From: Podarcis gaigeae
Lineage: Eukaryota
Assembly (NCBI GenBank): GCA_964106915.2
Contig: OZ066920.1
Direction: 5' to 3' (one strand)
DNA length: 64,000 nt
Shown here: one piece after another, positions 24,165-36,305 of the stretch
How positions within the stretch are numbered: position 1 is the first letter of the stretch
How the letters are laid out: every line of letters begins with the position of its first letter
Position numbers and translations under genes: made by a program
Notes under the pieces: model-generated
The model's database searches: none
What the model was told of the DNA's origin: nothing
What the model saw: only the letters and a program-made list of their open reading frames with translations

Positions 24165-26350
24165 TAATCAGCCGTAGACATGCTGTATCAAATTCTGCTG
24201 CGTTTTTGTTGTTGCCATAGTGTTCTAGCAATACCTTTTAAAGCTTCTCTTGCCTAGGCAAGGATATATTTTGGAGAATGTCCAATGTCTTTAACAACTC
24301 TCCATTTTATTTATTTAATTAGTGTTTGTCATTACGATTAATATGTGTATTACTAAAAGCTGTCTCAGAAGATTTTTATTCTAACAGTATAAAACCATAC
24401 ATACTTAGTTCTAGTCAGCAATGAAATAGAACTAAAAATGGAGGAAAGGAAACATTTTCCATGTGAAGCCAATTTTTCCTATGGTTTACAAGTCCACGCA
24501 CTTCAGGAAAACACAATATTAAACTGATATAAGTCTTGGTTACTTTCAGCCCTGTAAGCAGAATTGGCTACACCTGAAGTTCTAGAATTTAAACACCTGA
24601 ATCCTAAATATTCCCATCAGAGCATTGCTGTGCAACCGGCTGTCAACAGATCTTGCAAATAATGTGAGCCAAAGTAAGTCACAAGAACTGCTTGCATGAC
24701 TAAAAAGCTAGAAAGATCTTTTTAATACAAAAAATGCACATAAATGGTTTTCTCTAATTCCTTTTGTAAAAAAAAATTCATATAATGAAAAATTAATCTG
24801 CAGCCTAGTTCTTAATGCATCTCAAAACCCAGTGCTCTGCATAAATCTAATTGCAAGGCATTTTAATGACAATGTGGGGGCAGGGGCAGGGTTAGTTCCT
24901 GCATCAGTTTCCCAAGGACTCCATTAAGTAACCTAAGCTCCACATTTAACCAGCCATTAAAATGATTTTAATTTGGTAGACGGCACCATCTGGAGTCTGC
25001 CTTTTAAGGGGAAAACAATTCATAATGTAAGGAGAAAATATTAAGAGAGTTGTGATTTTGTTTTGCTCAAACAAGAGGCTTCCACTGAAATCTCTTTATT
25101 GGCCGTGGGTGGTATTCAGGTGCTGTTTGTTCCCAGGAAATCACACCATTCACACATCAGAGTGTTAAGAAAACCTGGACACTAGAACGATTGGAAAATT
25201 GCAAGGGGAAATTTTATTTCTTGAATTTTTCAATTAGAAGTGGCAGACAACAGTTTCTTTAGGCCACATTTAAAATGAGCCAGTGCATCATTTTGATCAT
25301 TTCAGGGGAAGTTGGTTCAAACTTGGTGAATTTAGGACCATAGCTGATGATCAGTCGTCAAGTTTCCTTGAAGTCCACATAGCTATCATTGCAGACATTT
25401 TTTCTGAGTGTTCTTTTTACTTGGCAATATGCTTATGATAATTGGTGTATGATTTATTTTAGTCAATAACAAAATAAAAGTTTGGAGAAAAGAGAGGAAA
25501 ATATTTTGCATGTGAAGTCACAGTAATCCTTTTGTTTGTTTGTTTATGAGTCCATGCACTTCAGGACAACATGATAATAAACTGAGATAACTCTTGGTCA
25601 CTTGTATCCCCGTAAGCTTACATTAACTGAAAGTCATTGCCACAAGTGTTTCTTTTTAAATACATTGTTTAGAATTGAAATTCCTTTATTGACATATAGG
25701 AGTGCAGCCTGTAGAAAATGTGTTTGGTCTGCTGAGTACCTTTCGGATGATAAATTAGTAAAATAAGTGCACACAATGCAAATTCTCAGTCAAGTTTTGT
25801 TTCCTGAGGATCTGAAAAAAGGCACAAATAAAAAGAGACTGCTGGATCAGGCCAATGACCAGCTAGTTCAGAATCCTGTTCTCATAGCAGCCAACCAGAT
25901 GCCTGTGGGAAACTTGCATTTTAAGCATAAGCAAATGTTACTGTCACGGTCCAGAGGTTTCTCAGTATGGCTTCCTATACTTATCACCCTCAGAAGTCTG
26001 TGAATATGCAACAGGGCTAGGGAATATTTTTCACTCAGCAACCCAGACCTTCATCTCCCATCAACTCTGCAGGCCTGCTTTGATGGGTAGGCAGGGGTAC
26101 ACACTGGTCAATCATCTGACATTATGATGATGTCAGGTGATCAACACCTGTCAAAGCTAGTTGTGGGTGCTTAGGAAGTATTGCGCAAGAGGCTTTGCTG
26201 GCCCTGTGCTTGGCACTTGGGAAGTGCTTTGAAGATAAAATCATTCATCTCTCTGCAGACCTTGATGTTTTGAGTGCAAATCCCACTTATAGGTGATGCA
26301 GACTGGTGGCAAGCTGGGCCAGAATGTTTCTGACCGTATGCCCTCTGGAC

Positions 26351-26440
26351 CATAGCTGTCAACTGTTCCCTTTTTTAAGGGGAAATTCCCTTATTCCGAA
26401 TAGGATTCCTCGCAAGAAAAAGGAAAAGTTGACAGCTATG
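26351..26440. mobile_element. 90-bp hAT-type MITE
   Basis: Perfect TIR CATAGCTGTCAACT/AGTTGACAGCTATG. 8-bp TSD [C/T]TCTGGAC at 26343-26350 and 26441-26448. Confidence 0.88.
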
Positions 26441-26999
26441 TTCTGGACCCTTGCCCTTCTGGGCTGATTAAAGCTATCAGAGGTGGGGTTGGTGATTGAC
26501 CAGACTGGTGGCCACTTGAGTAACTTCAGGTGAAAATCCATGAAGGCTAGAGGTTCAGTGTAAATATGGGTGTAATTATTGCTTTATTGTAAGAGCTTCC
26601 CTCCCTCTCACCAACTGTGCAGAAGATGCTGCTTTAAAAGTTGCCCGGGATTTATATTGTTGTAACAGAATGATGCAGGAAAGCACATTGTTTTCCTTTC
26701 AGGCTATGTGTATATACTGGAAGAAAATCTGTTTGTTTTATTTTAAGCTTTCTCCACTTCTTCATTCTGTGTATTGCAGGGCCTGTGTGTTCTTCAAGAG
26801 TCTCAAGTCTCAGACCTTACTTGTAGTCAGCTCCACTGATTAATTGGGATGCAAATTTTAATCTGTGATTAAAACTTCAGTCAATTAATTAAACCGACTG
26901 AGGTTTGGAGGCCTGGTGATCTGTACTACAAGGCAGTTTGTGCAAACTCCTTGTTCCAAGTATAGAAATTTTACAAACCACTCTTTCTATTCTTAACTC

Positions 27000-27640
27000 T
27001 AGGAATTGGTGCCTCAGATCAGGAGTGAATGGGGGTTACAAACTGATACTTAATCCAGACAAGATGGAGGTCCATACAAGAATGCTGTCGATCTAGGTGA
27101 GGTAGTACATCTCCAAAAAAGCAGAAGAATACTCATTGATTCATCATGTTCCCCGAATGCTTAGATAGCTGCCGTGGTTAGGAGTGCATTTTATTAACTT
27201 TAGCTGATATGCCAGCTGCAGCCTTTGGAGAAGGCAGACTTTGCTTGAGCAAAGCATCCATGCTTTAGTTATATCCATGCTTGATTACTATAATGCACTC
27301 TCTGTGGGTCTGCTTTCGAAGATGGCATGGAAGCTTCTGTTGGTCCCAAAGATAGATGTTATACTTTTGTCTGGTGCTTGCAGGTCAGAGAATATAACTC
27401 CAATTTTATATCCAGTCATACATCAGCTCCACTATTTGCTTCCAGGCCCAGTTCAAAATGCTGATTTAAAGCCCTAAACAGTTAATAGGATGGCGTTACT
27501 TTTGAGACCTCTTTCTCCTATATAAACGTGAAGGACGAGCACTTTATTTCTGGCAGCGGTGTGACACTGGAATGGTCTCCCAAATGAAATTTGCCAGGTT
27601 GCCTCTTTATGTGTCTTTCACAAGAAAGTAGCACACTTTT
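27000..27640 (+). mobile_element. Old L2 ORF2 remnant
   Basis: ORF 27241-27477 (IHALVISMLDYYNALSVGLL...ENITPIL...HQLHYL) matches the L2 motif HALVxSRLDYCNAL...HITPVL..LHWLP. The upstream KLILNPDKMEV resembles L2 KLNPDKTE. Confidence 0.85.
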
Positions 27641-27685
27641 AATGAACTTTTATTCTTACTGGTTTTTTCCTACCCTTACTGCTGG

Positions 27686-27689
<4 letters not shown>

Positions 27690-27717
<28 letters not shown>
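27690..27717. repeat. (GT)n microsatellite
   Basis: Direct reading. Confidence 0.95.
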
Positions 27718-27720
<3 letters not shown>

Positions 27721-29099
27721 GGTTGTATTATGTTCTTTGTTTTTAGAAGCTGGCTGCTGTACTTGCATTTTTATTGATTTTGCTGTATGCCAATCTGGGC
27801 ATCTTTTTGATAGATGGATGAGATATAACAAATTAATTTTATTTACTTCTAACTTTATTTTTTAAAATTAGAAGAATTTCATAAAGGTTTTGCAAAAAAA
27901 AAAACCCTACACATCATAAAACCTTTTACCATTACTGCAACAATTCTCAATGCCAAATTTGTTTTATTATAAAATAACTAGTAGCAGATGATTCTATCTT
28001 CTGATCAACTATCCTGAGTATTAACTAAGGAAGCTTATTACGAAAGCTTGTTAAAAGTCTGTATGTGTCAGTAATTCCAATTATGCACACATTAGCCAGT
28101 TTAGAAATGGAGAAAGCACTTACAGCTCTATTCAGAATGTGAGCTTCTAAATTATGTATGGTCTATTATTTTTTCCCCCAAGGAAAAACTCAGGTTGCCT
28201 TGGGTGCTTTGCCTTGTCAGATAAGGGCTAGAAAAGACTTGGATCCCGATAACTTTGTGATACAGATAAGAATTTTTAGTGTCGGTGGCATTGTCAAATC
28301 CTATATAGGCTTTCCTGACAGCCTGAGACTGTATATAAAATGACACTTGTGTATGGTGATCCTTCAGCCTTTCATGTTTCTCTTTTGTGTAGATAAGCTT
28401 TCAAATCTCCATCCTCAGTGTCAGCCAATGATAGCTTTAAATATAATCTGACTTCCTGGAATAAAGATACAAACATGATTTAAAAACCCATTTGTTTGTG
28501 ACAAAGGGAATACAGATATTTGTAACAAAATGCATAGACCACAGCCTGCCATCCATTTAGTTTAAGTGCTTACTTGTAAGCGCCTTGGGTACCATTAATT
28601 TCAGTGGGACTATTTGGGCATAAATGCTTGTAGATGATGATGGCACTGTAATGGTAATGGGAACATGTCACACTTCACAGTCACTCAAGGCTTATAGTTG
28701 GACCATTGTAGTATGGCAGTGGTTGCAGAACCTATGATCCCCTAGCAAGTGGATTGTGGTGCTTGTGTGTATGTCTGCAAAAGGCTGGAACTGGGGAGGA
28801 GGAGGAAACCATTTGTGTGTAAAAAGGGGGGGGGTGAGTTAATGAGTTTAACCCCAAATGCAGCAGCATTTGAAAAGAACTCGAAGCCACTTTGGCAACT
28901 GGAATAGCCTCTAAAGTGAAATGTGCATTTTAGAGAAATCTTGGGGAACACAGAAGAAAATAGAGACAACACCATAGGCTGTTTTTATGGGATACCCTCT
29001 ATTTGATCTCGTTACATTTATATGACACCAATTCCATTGGCTCCCAGTTTGTTTCTGGAACCAGTTCTGATTCTCACCTTTCAAAGCTCTAAAAGATTT

Positions 29100-29350
29100 G
29101 CAATTTGGATACCTCCAGAACCACCTCCCGTCACATGAACCTGTACCCTCTTGTTATGGTCCTTGGGGATGGTCTTGCTCCATGTGCCTCCACTGTGTGA
29201 AGTGAGGAGCATAGAGACACATTGCCAGGCCCTTTCACATTGCCAGGTGCTTGGACTACAGCATTCTCTGTCCCATGAGGTCTCACAGACTACTTCTCTA
29301 AACACATTTAAAGCATCAAAGAAGACATTGTTTAGAAAAGCTTTCTGAAT
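29100..29350 (+). mobile_element. Old L2 3' remnant
   Basis: Translation ...SLSHEVSQTTSLNTFKASKKTLFRKAF resembles the L2 C-terminus. Confidence 0.6.
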
Positions 29351-29714
29351 TGAGTTATCTACAGGTTTAATGTCTGTTAACATGGCTGCTTGTATTTATT
29401 ACTATACTGCTGTCCTGCTGATTTATTTTATGGTTTGCTGGTTTTTATTGCTTTAGAATCTTATTGATAGCTGCTGCAATCTAGCATCCATATAGGATGT
29501 AAAGTATGGGGTATATAACCTTTTAAATATTTTTTTTTTTGCGAAACAACAAACATTCCCATTCTTTGATAAAAGAGAAATTTAGTGCTTGGACAGATTC
29601 TCATATGCTTGCATCCAATATATATTCCACAGTTCATACATTTAGCAAGAAATGCTACTGTACTGAATGTAGATCTGCCTCTTTCTCTTCTGAGCCATAT
29701 CTACTAGATGATCC

Positions 29715-30170
29715 ATTTAGGACACGCATAACCCCTGAGTTATAACAGCAGCATTGTTTGCTAGTTTGCTTCTGTGCCCAGTTCAAGGTGCTCATGTTAG
29801 TGTTTAAAGCTTTAGATAACATAGGCCACAAATATCCGAAAGACTGTCTCCTTCTTTATGGACCCTCTAGGACAGAGGAGGCCTTCTTGATAGTTTCACT
29901 GCTCCTAGAAACTTGAGAGCTAACAGCTCAGGACAGAACGTTCTTTGTGGCAGCCCCTAAACTATGAACATCTCCCCCCACAGAGTGAGAGAAGATGCAT
30001 CTAGCATCTTTATCATGTAGTCTTCCTTGTATGCTGAAGGCACACTTCTTTACCTTGACCTTTGATATCAATGATATATAGTTATAATTTGGGACCCACT
30101 TTATACTTTTGACCATAATCTGTTTTAACTGATTTTAATGCTGTAAAATCATTGTAAGCCACCTTGGCAA
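29715..30170 (+). mobile_element. Old L2 3' remnant
   Basis: CATAACCCCTG...GCCCAGTTCAAGGTGCT...TTTAAAGCTTTA...GTGGCAGCCCCTAAACTATGAAC...TGTAAGCCACCTTG. Confidence 0.7.
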
Positions 30171-31689
30171 GGCATCTGTCTTATTCTCATCAGCCCTCCT
30201 GAGAAGTTCAGTTACTACATCAGCACAGAAGTGGGAGGAAATAATTCAACTGAATTGGTGAAGTCTTGTGAGGGATCCCAGAAGTGAATTTCCTTAAGAA
30301 ACCTGCATCCCATACCATTTAGTGCTTTAAAGGCTAAAACCTGCCCAGAACTGAACCCAGAAAACCTATTGAAGCTTGCACAAAACTGGCATAATATGAT
30401 CTGTCATATGTCATGGTTGCAGACAGCAGTCTGGTGGTTGCTGCAGTCTGACTTGAGTGATAGAGAGTGGTGGAAAAAATGGGAATTGCTCTTCTGGATA
30501 TTTCATGATGGTATTTATAAAATATTCATGACTTTTGATTTGAGGCATGTTTCCTTCCTTCCCTATCTTGTGGAACTGAAGAGCGTGAGTTACCTTAAAT
30601 TACCCATATGAGTTGTCTCATGAGTCGCTGTGCAAATTCCCGTTTCTATCCTTTGGTTTGGACCTTGCTGATAAATGTGATTGTTTGCAGAGACTTATTT
30701 TTGCATACGCATATGTTCGAGCTGGGGAAAATAAATGTTATATCTTCTGGAAATGTTCCAGAGCAGGCATTCTGTCACGCTATTGATTATGGCACAGTTT
30801 TGTGGCATCTTCAAGAGTAGGACAGTTTTCTGCTTGCAATTGGTTCCAAATTTGGAAATCTGTCTTATACAGTACCTACTTGGGATAATGAATAAATCCC
30901 CTATCATCTACATAAGCCTTCAAGACCAACGGATTTATTGTAACATAAACTTGTGTAGATCAGAGTTCAAGTGGACAAAAGCATGTGTAGAAATACCTGT
31001 TGATTTTGGAGATGCTGCAATACTATGTTCTTTTTGTTTGTCTTTGTTTTCCTTTTGCAAGAGACTGATATAACTACCTCTCTGGAATGAACAGCTGTGG
31101 TATTTTCACCCTTTTAAACCCATTCTGTCCTTTAAAACTGCCACTAAAACGAACGCTTCAGAAATCTTGACTTTAGGGTACACACTGTTCACCCACTATC
31201 TGTATTATAAATAAACATGTGAGAGCAAAGCAGCAGATGTTGATTAGAAAAGGCTATTTTCCACTAGCCCTCCTCTTCAAGATGACGATACCTAAGGAAA
31301 ATTACTGTGATGAAATCCCATGTGTCTGTAGATTGGATTATTCCCTTTCTCTAAATGAAAATTTTAAAGAATGACAGAAATCTGCCCTAGGAATGAAATA
31401 TCATGCTGACAATCTAATCTAGGAACAAAATATCTCCATAGCTCCTGGGATAGTCAGAACTTTTGTATTTGCTCCCAAACATGTGCAAAGTGCTGGAAAG
31501 GTTGCAGTAATTTTTCATTCTGTTATTTAAATAGGTATCACAGAAACTTTATCTTAGCATTCAGCATAGTGTTTTCAAGTGCAGTTTTTGTAAGATTTAC
31601 ATAGTTCTGTAAGTACTCAAGTGAGGGCTTCTCCTCTTCCTCCTCCTCCTCCTCCTCTCTTCTCTCTCTCTCTCCTCATCTGTACTATA

Positions 31690-31915
31690 CAGTGGTACCT
31701 CGGGTTACATACGCTTCAGGTTACAGACTCTGCTAACCCAGAAATAGTGCTTCAGGTTAAGAACTTTGCTTCAGGATGAGAACAGAAATTGGGCTCCAGC
31801 GGCGCAGCAGCAGTGGGAGGCCCCATTAGCTAAAGTGGTGCTTCAGGTTAAGAACAGTTTCTGGTCAAGTACGGACCTCCGGAACGAATTAAGTACTTAA
31901 CCTGAGGTACCACTG
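31690..31915. mobile_element. Tc1/mariner (Tigger-like) MITE, family A
   Basis: TIRs and TA TSDs. One 16-bp sub-repeat fewer than the 8362 copy. Confidence 0.92.
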
Positions 31916-33385
31916 TACATTTTTCTCTCTGTGTACACATATGTAACTTAAACACTTTCACATTTAAGCATAATTTCCTCCCTCTCTTTAACCCTACCTT
32001 TGTTAGGTGAAATCCTAATTATAATTTTCAATGGTTTTTTGGCCTTTCATGGCAATAGTATATTTACAGCAAACATAAGAGCAACACAAGTTTGTGCGAC
32101 AGAACAACATTCAGTGGTAAAATGGCTGCTCTCAGTGCATGCCAAAAAATTCCACTGTGTCCCGGAATCCTTATGTGTTCTATGTGATGATGACAGTGTT
32201 TTGATGAGACACATCTTATACTGGTGATAAAATGCAAACATTCCTGGACCCACCCACCCCCACACAATTGCCAAGTCAGCTATTTTAATGACTACTTTCT
32301 AGGTCTCAGAAAGACAGAAATTATAGAGTAGCTTTGTCTCTGTAAGAGTCTGTTATAGTGATGCAAGTCAGATAAGCTGCATTGAGAAACATTTATAAAG
32401 CTATCGCTGCTCCTTTGTAACAGATAATAATTCAAGCTAGCTTTACCTCTGCACAGCTGAGACAGCTATAGATAGCTTAGGAATGAAATGTTATCAATAA
32501 TAGATGGTGTATTTTATGTTCCCTGACACATGGTAGTTGGGGTGCTCCATGTATCATTCCTGGATGAAATGTAAATATTCACTTACTGTCCAACTTCATT
32601 CCTTTTGCTGTTGTTGCATTCTTTTGCCATATTTGTCCATTTGCTTTTGCTAAGCTTTATGTAGCTGGGGATATAGTTCATTTTATTCTTGTGATGCCGT
32701 AAAGAAATTGCCCGTGAGCTAAGCAACTTGATTTTACTAAAGCAACTTTGTTTTTCCTACTCTTTCTGGTTGATGATGCATTAATCTGTTACATTGTGCT
32801 GTTTTCCTTTCTTTCTTAACATTCTAGCAACTGTTTTTATTATTTCTATACCATGAGAAACTAGAGCAATGGTATATTGCATCCATCCCTGCTGATTACA
32901 TGGAGTAGCTTATCTGTTAAATCCAAAACTGGTCTAATGGGAATATTGTGTGTTGCCACATTTCATTTTCAGAGAATTTTAATGTGGATTCTGTTTCACA
33001 ATGCCAAACAGCTTTCCCTCATCCATTAGTTTGAGAAGGTATGGGGGAGGAATGGGGACTCTGTCAGGAGGATTAAAAAGTAGTAACAACTACCAGCCTG
33101 AGGGTTGCAATATCTCCTAAATGTTGTGTCTTCTTGAGTTCATTCAGTTGATAAATATGAGGGGCATCATTCTGTTGTGCTCATTTGTAGTGCAGGTGTC
33201 TAGGGATCAGAGTTACATGTAGCTGACCCCCTAGCATATTATTTTAGCAGAAAGTGGCTTTTGTAGCTGTGATTAGTAGTGGAGGAAGGGCAAATAAGAA
33301 CAAACCGGCTGGTGCTGATGGGAAAACATTTGGAAGGCCCTACTTTGGTGAAGGCTGGTATATAATGAAGTAATGGCACTTCTAA

Positions 33386-33737
33386 GGGACGTGGGTGGTG
33401 TGGTGGTTTAAACCACTGTGCCACTTGGACTTGCCGATCAAAAGGTCAGAGGTTCGAGGCCCTGCAATGGGGTGAGCTCCCGTTGTTTGGTCCCAGCTCC
33501 TGCCAACTTAGCAGTTCAAAAGCACGCAGTGCAAGTAGATAAATAGGTACCAGTAAATGGCATTTCCTGCGCTGCTCTGGCTTCGCCAGAAGTGGCTTAG
33601 TGATGCTGGCCACATGACCCAGAAAATCTGTCTGTGGAAGTGGACAAACGCTGGCTCCCTTGGCCTGTAAAGCGAGATGAGCACCGCAACCCCAGAGTTG
33701 TTCGCGAATGGACTTAACTGTCAGGGGTCCCTTTACC
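33386..33737 (+). mobile_element. Sauria SINE
   Basis: GGGACG.GGGTGG head and CCTTTACC tail. 14-bp TSD TAATG[G/A]CACTTCTA at 33371-33384 and 33738-33751. Confidence 0.93.
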
Positions 33738-35269
33738 TAATGACACTTCTACTGATGTGATAGTCAAAGTTCTAGGGTGTAGTTACCCTGTAGCTGCCCA
33801 ATGGATGTGGGATACTGTGAAAATATTTAATGATGTACTGTTCTTAATTCTGTCTGTAATCTGGTGTATGGAAAGGAAAGGAAAGGAAGTTATTTCTGAC
33901 TCCAAGCAAGTTTTCCAAAAGAGAGTGGTGTACTTTCTGCGTTCAAATCATTCATGTATGATTTTGCTTAAAGGGGAGGTTTAAGAAAATCCTGTCATTT
34001 TCATGGAGGAATTTTTTTTCTCGAGCCAAAATATTGTAGAGCAAGGACGCGTGAGTCCTACTGAAACAACACAAGTGATCTTTCATGTATGTCAGAAACT
34101 GCTTGTTAAGTTAAAAATTTGCAGTTATTTTTTTTTTAGCTCTTTGAAATGTACTGGAATGACTTGTCTCCAATGTCTTGCCTTTTATATTTGCTGGAGG
34201 GAAAAGCACAAAATGGCAGTTTAATACGCATCTAAGATATGTGTTTGAACTACATCTAAGCAACAAACAGTAGAAGGGGAATGTTCATGGTGCTCCCATC
34301 TGGCTCAGGAGTTTTTATATTAGTTCTGTGTGATCTGTTTTGCAACAGATGGAGAGTCACACTAGGAGGAGTTATGAGACGCCTCTGAATGTAAAAGGCC
34401 TGAAATAATTACAGTGAGCTATTGCTCAAACACCTATTCCTTTCAGAATGGCAGGTGATGATGTCGATATGTGTGAAACAGCTGACTTCCCCAGCTCTAA
34501 TCAAAACACTCATGCCAGGTTTTCTTTGCTGTTTAGATGTGATCCACCTTCCCCTGCCCCCAATATGTTGATACAAAAGGGGAAAAGCAATCTGTGCTTC
34601 CTTAATAAAATAGCATAGCATTTGTGTCACACATCCCCAATATATGCACTTATGTGGTCTCACACTCCACGCGAATAATTGTTACTAAGTATGCTTTTTC
34701 AGCTACAAACAGAGAACTGATCTGTATATACATGTCTCATGGTAAGGAAATATAAGGTAATCAGTTGTGGTGTTGGCAGTATTGCTCTATTTTATAATGC
34801 AATTCCTAGACCATAGAAACTAGATGTTGGAATAAAAGATGCATGTCCTGTTGAGATGCTATTGTTTAGAAGGATTTACTGCTTCTGTACTTAAGTTATT
34901 TAAAATAATGGGGGGTGGGGTGGGAGAGATCCTGAAGGAAATGTTGATAGGAAAACCATCTCAGTGAGTGATTAAAAACATGGTTCTTTAAACCAGTGGT
35001 AATCTCAGTATAAAAGAGAGAATTGTTAAAATACAATATACACATGTAAGATGAGTCTAGCTGAAGAGCTGCTGTGCTTTCAAAGCTCACTGAAAGAGCA
35101 GAACCTGTACTTCTGAAGCCTCATCTGTCTCCTAGGATGTGATCAGAATAGATGCCATTAAAGATCTAAACACAGACACACACACGCAATCTCTTTCCCC
35201 TTGTTTATTCTGACACATTGCAGAATTGAAGCAGTACTTGAAAATTTTCCTATTACATAGATCAAGTTG

Positions 35270-35850
35270 GGGTTATTATTATTATTTATTAGACTTGCTA
35301 GTTGCTTGGTCATGCAGAGGTCTCCAAGCAACTTACAACATACTTAAAAACTGAAAAGGAAACACAGATACCTTGTAATATTAGCATTGTAATACAGAAA
35401 ATTCATAAAAGTATACACTGTAAATCAACCTGCCTCCAATGACAGCATTAGGGAGTTTTGGCACCATACTGTCTGCAAAATTAATTGTCTCAGTCCATCA
35501 AAAGCTTGACGCGGGAGAGGGGGAGAAATAGGCTTTTACCTGGTGCCAGAAAGATGTCAGTGAAGGTGCCAGAGGACTTCAGTGCAAAAACATTCCATAG
35601 ATGAGGAGCCACAACTAAAGAGTCCCCCTCCAAGCTTCCCTCAAAGAAGGGACCTGGAGAAGGGCCTTAGACTCACCAAACTCTTTATGGCTCAGAACCC
35701 CAATATCTTCCGAACACCACTCCCAGTATGAACCAACTTGACTCTTAGTTCTTATACCGGGAGTGGTGTTCAGCAGATATTGGGGTTCTGAGCCATAAAG
35801 AGTTTTGGTGAGTCAAAGCCAGCACTTTGAATTGGGCTTGAAAGCATTTG
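35270..35850 (-). mobile_element. Old L2 fragment containing a secondary inverted duplication
   Basis: TTATT tail, CATTCCATAGATGAGGAGCCACAACTAA and CAAAGCCAGCACTTTGAATTGGGC are L2 antisense motifs. Confidence 0.65.
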
Positions 35851-35870
35851 GGATGTCTTATTTAGATAGT

Positions 35871-36293
35871 TCCAGTTACAGATAGGTAGCCGTGTTGGTC
35901 TGCCATAGTCAAAACAAATTTTTTTTCCCTTCCAGTAGCACCTTAAAGACCAACTAAATTAGTTCTTGGTATGAGTTAGTTCTGAACAAAGACCTTGGAT
36001 TCTTAGCTCATTATACATGACAAAGCAATTTTTCACCTTCTCACCCCTTGCTTTTTCCTGTAAGACCTATTGCAGTCGTTAGAGTCGTCAACAGGCTCAT
36101 CACAGCTATCTGCCCATCACCCATTCCCACCACCCTTCTGAGTAATACCCCTCCCCACCTTCTCACTATATAGAAGGGTCTGGAAACTTCTGTTTCAGTG
36201 TATCTGAAGAAGTGTGCATGCACACGAAAGCTCATACCAAGAACTAACTTAGTTGGTCTTTAAGGTGCTACTGGAAGGGGAAAAAAATTGTTT
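35871..36293 (+). mobile_element. Penelope-like element: ORF 3' end + pseudo-LTR with an inverted 5' pLTR piece
   Basis: 35982-36020 encodes LNKDLGFLAHYT*, resembling a PLE GIY-YIG C-terminus. Inverted arms at ~35911-35975 and 36231-36294. Flanking direct repeat TTATTTAGATAGT at 35858-35870 and 36294-36306. Confidence 0.88.
36200..36237 (+). ncRNA. Minimal type I hammerhead ribozyme motif (PLE-associated)
   Basis: GTAT CTGAAGA A GTGTG CATG CACAC GAAA GC TC ATAC. Identical to the 6016-6053 motif. Confidence 0.8.
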
Positions 36294-36305
36294 TTATTTA
36301 GATAG

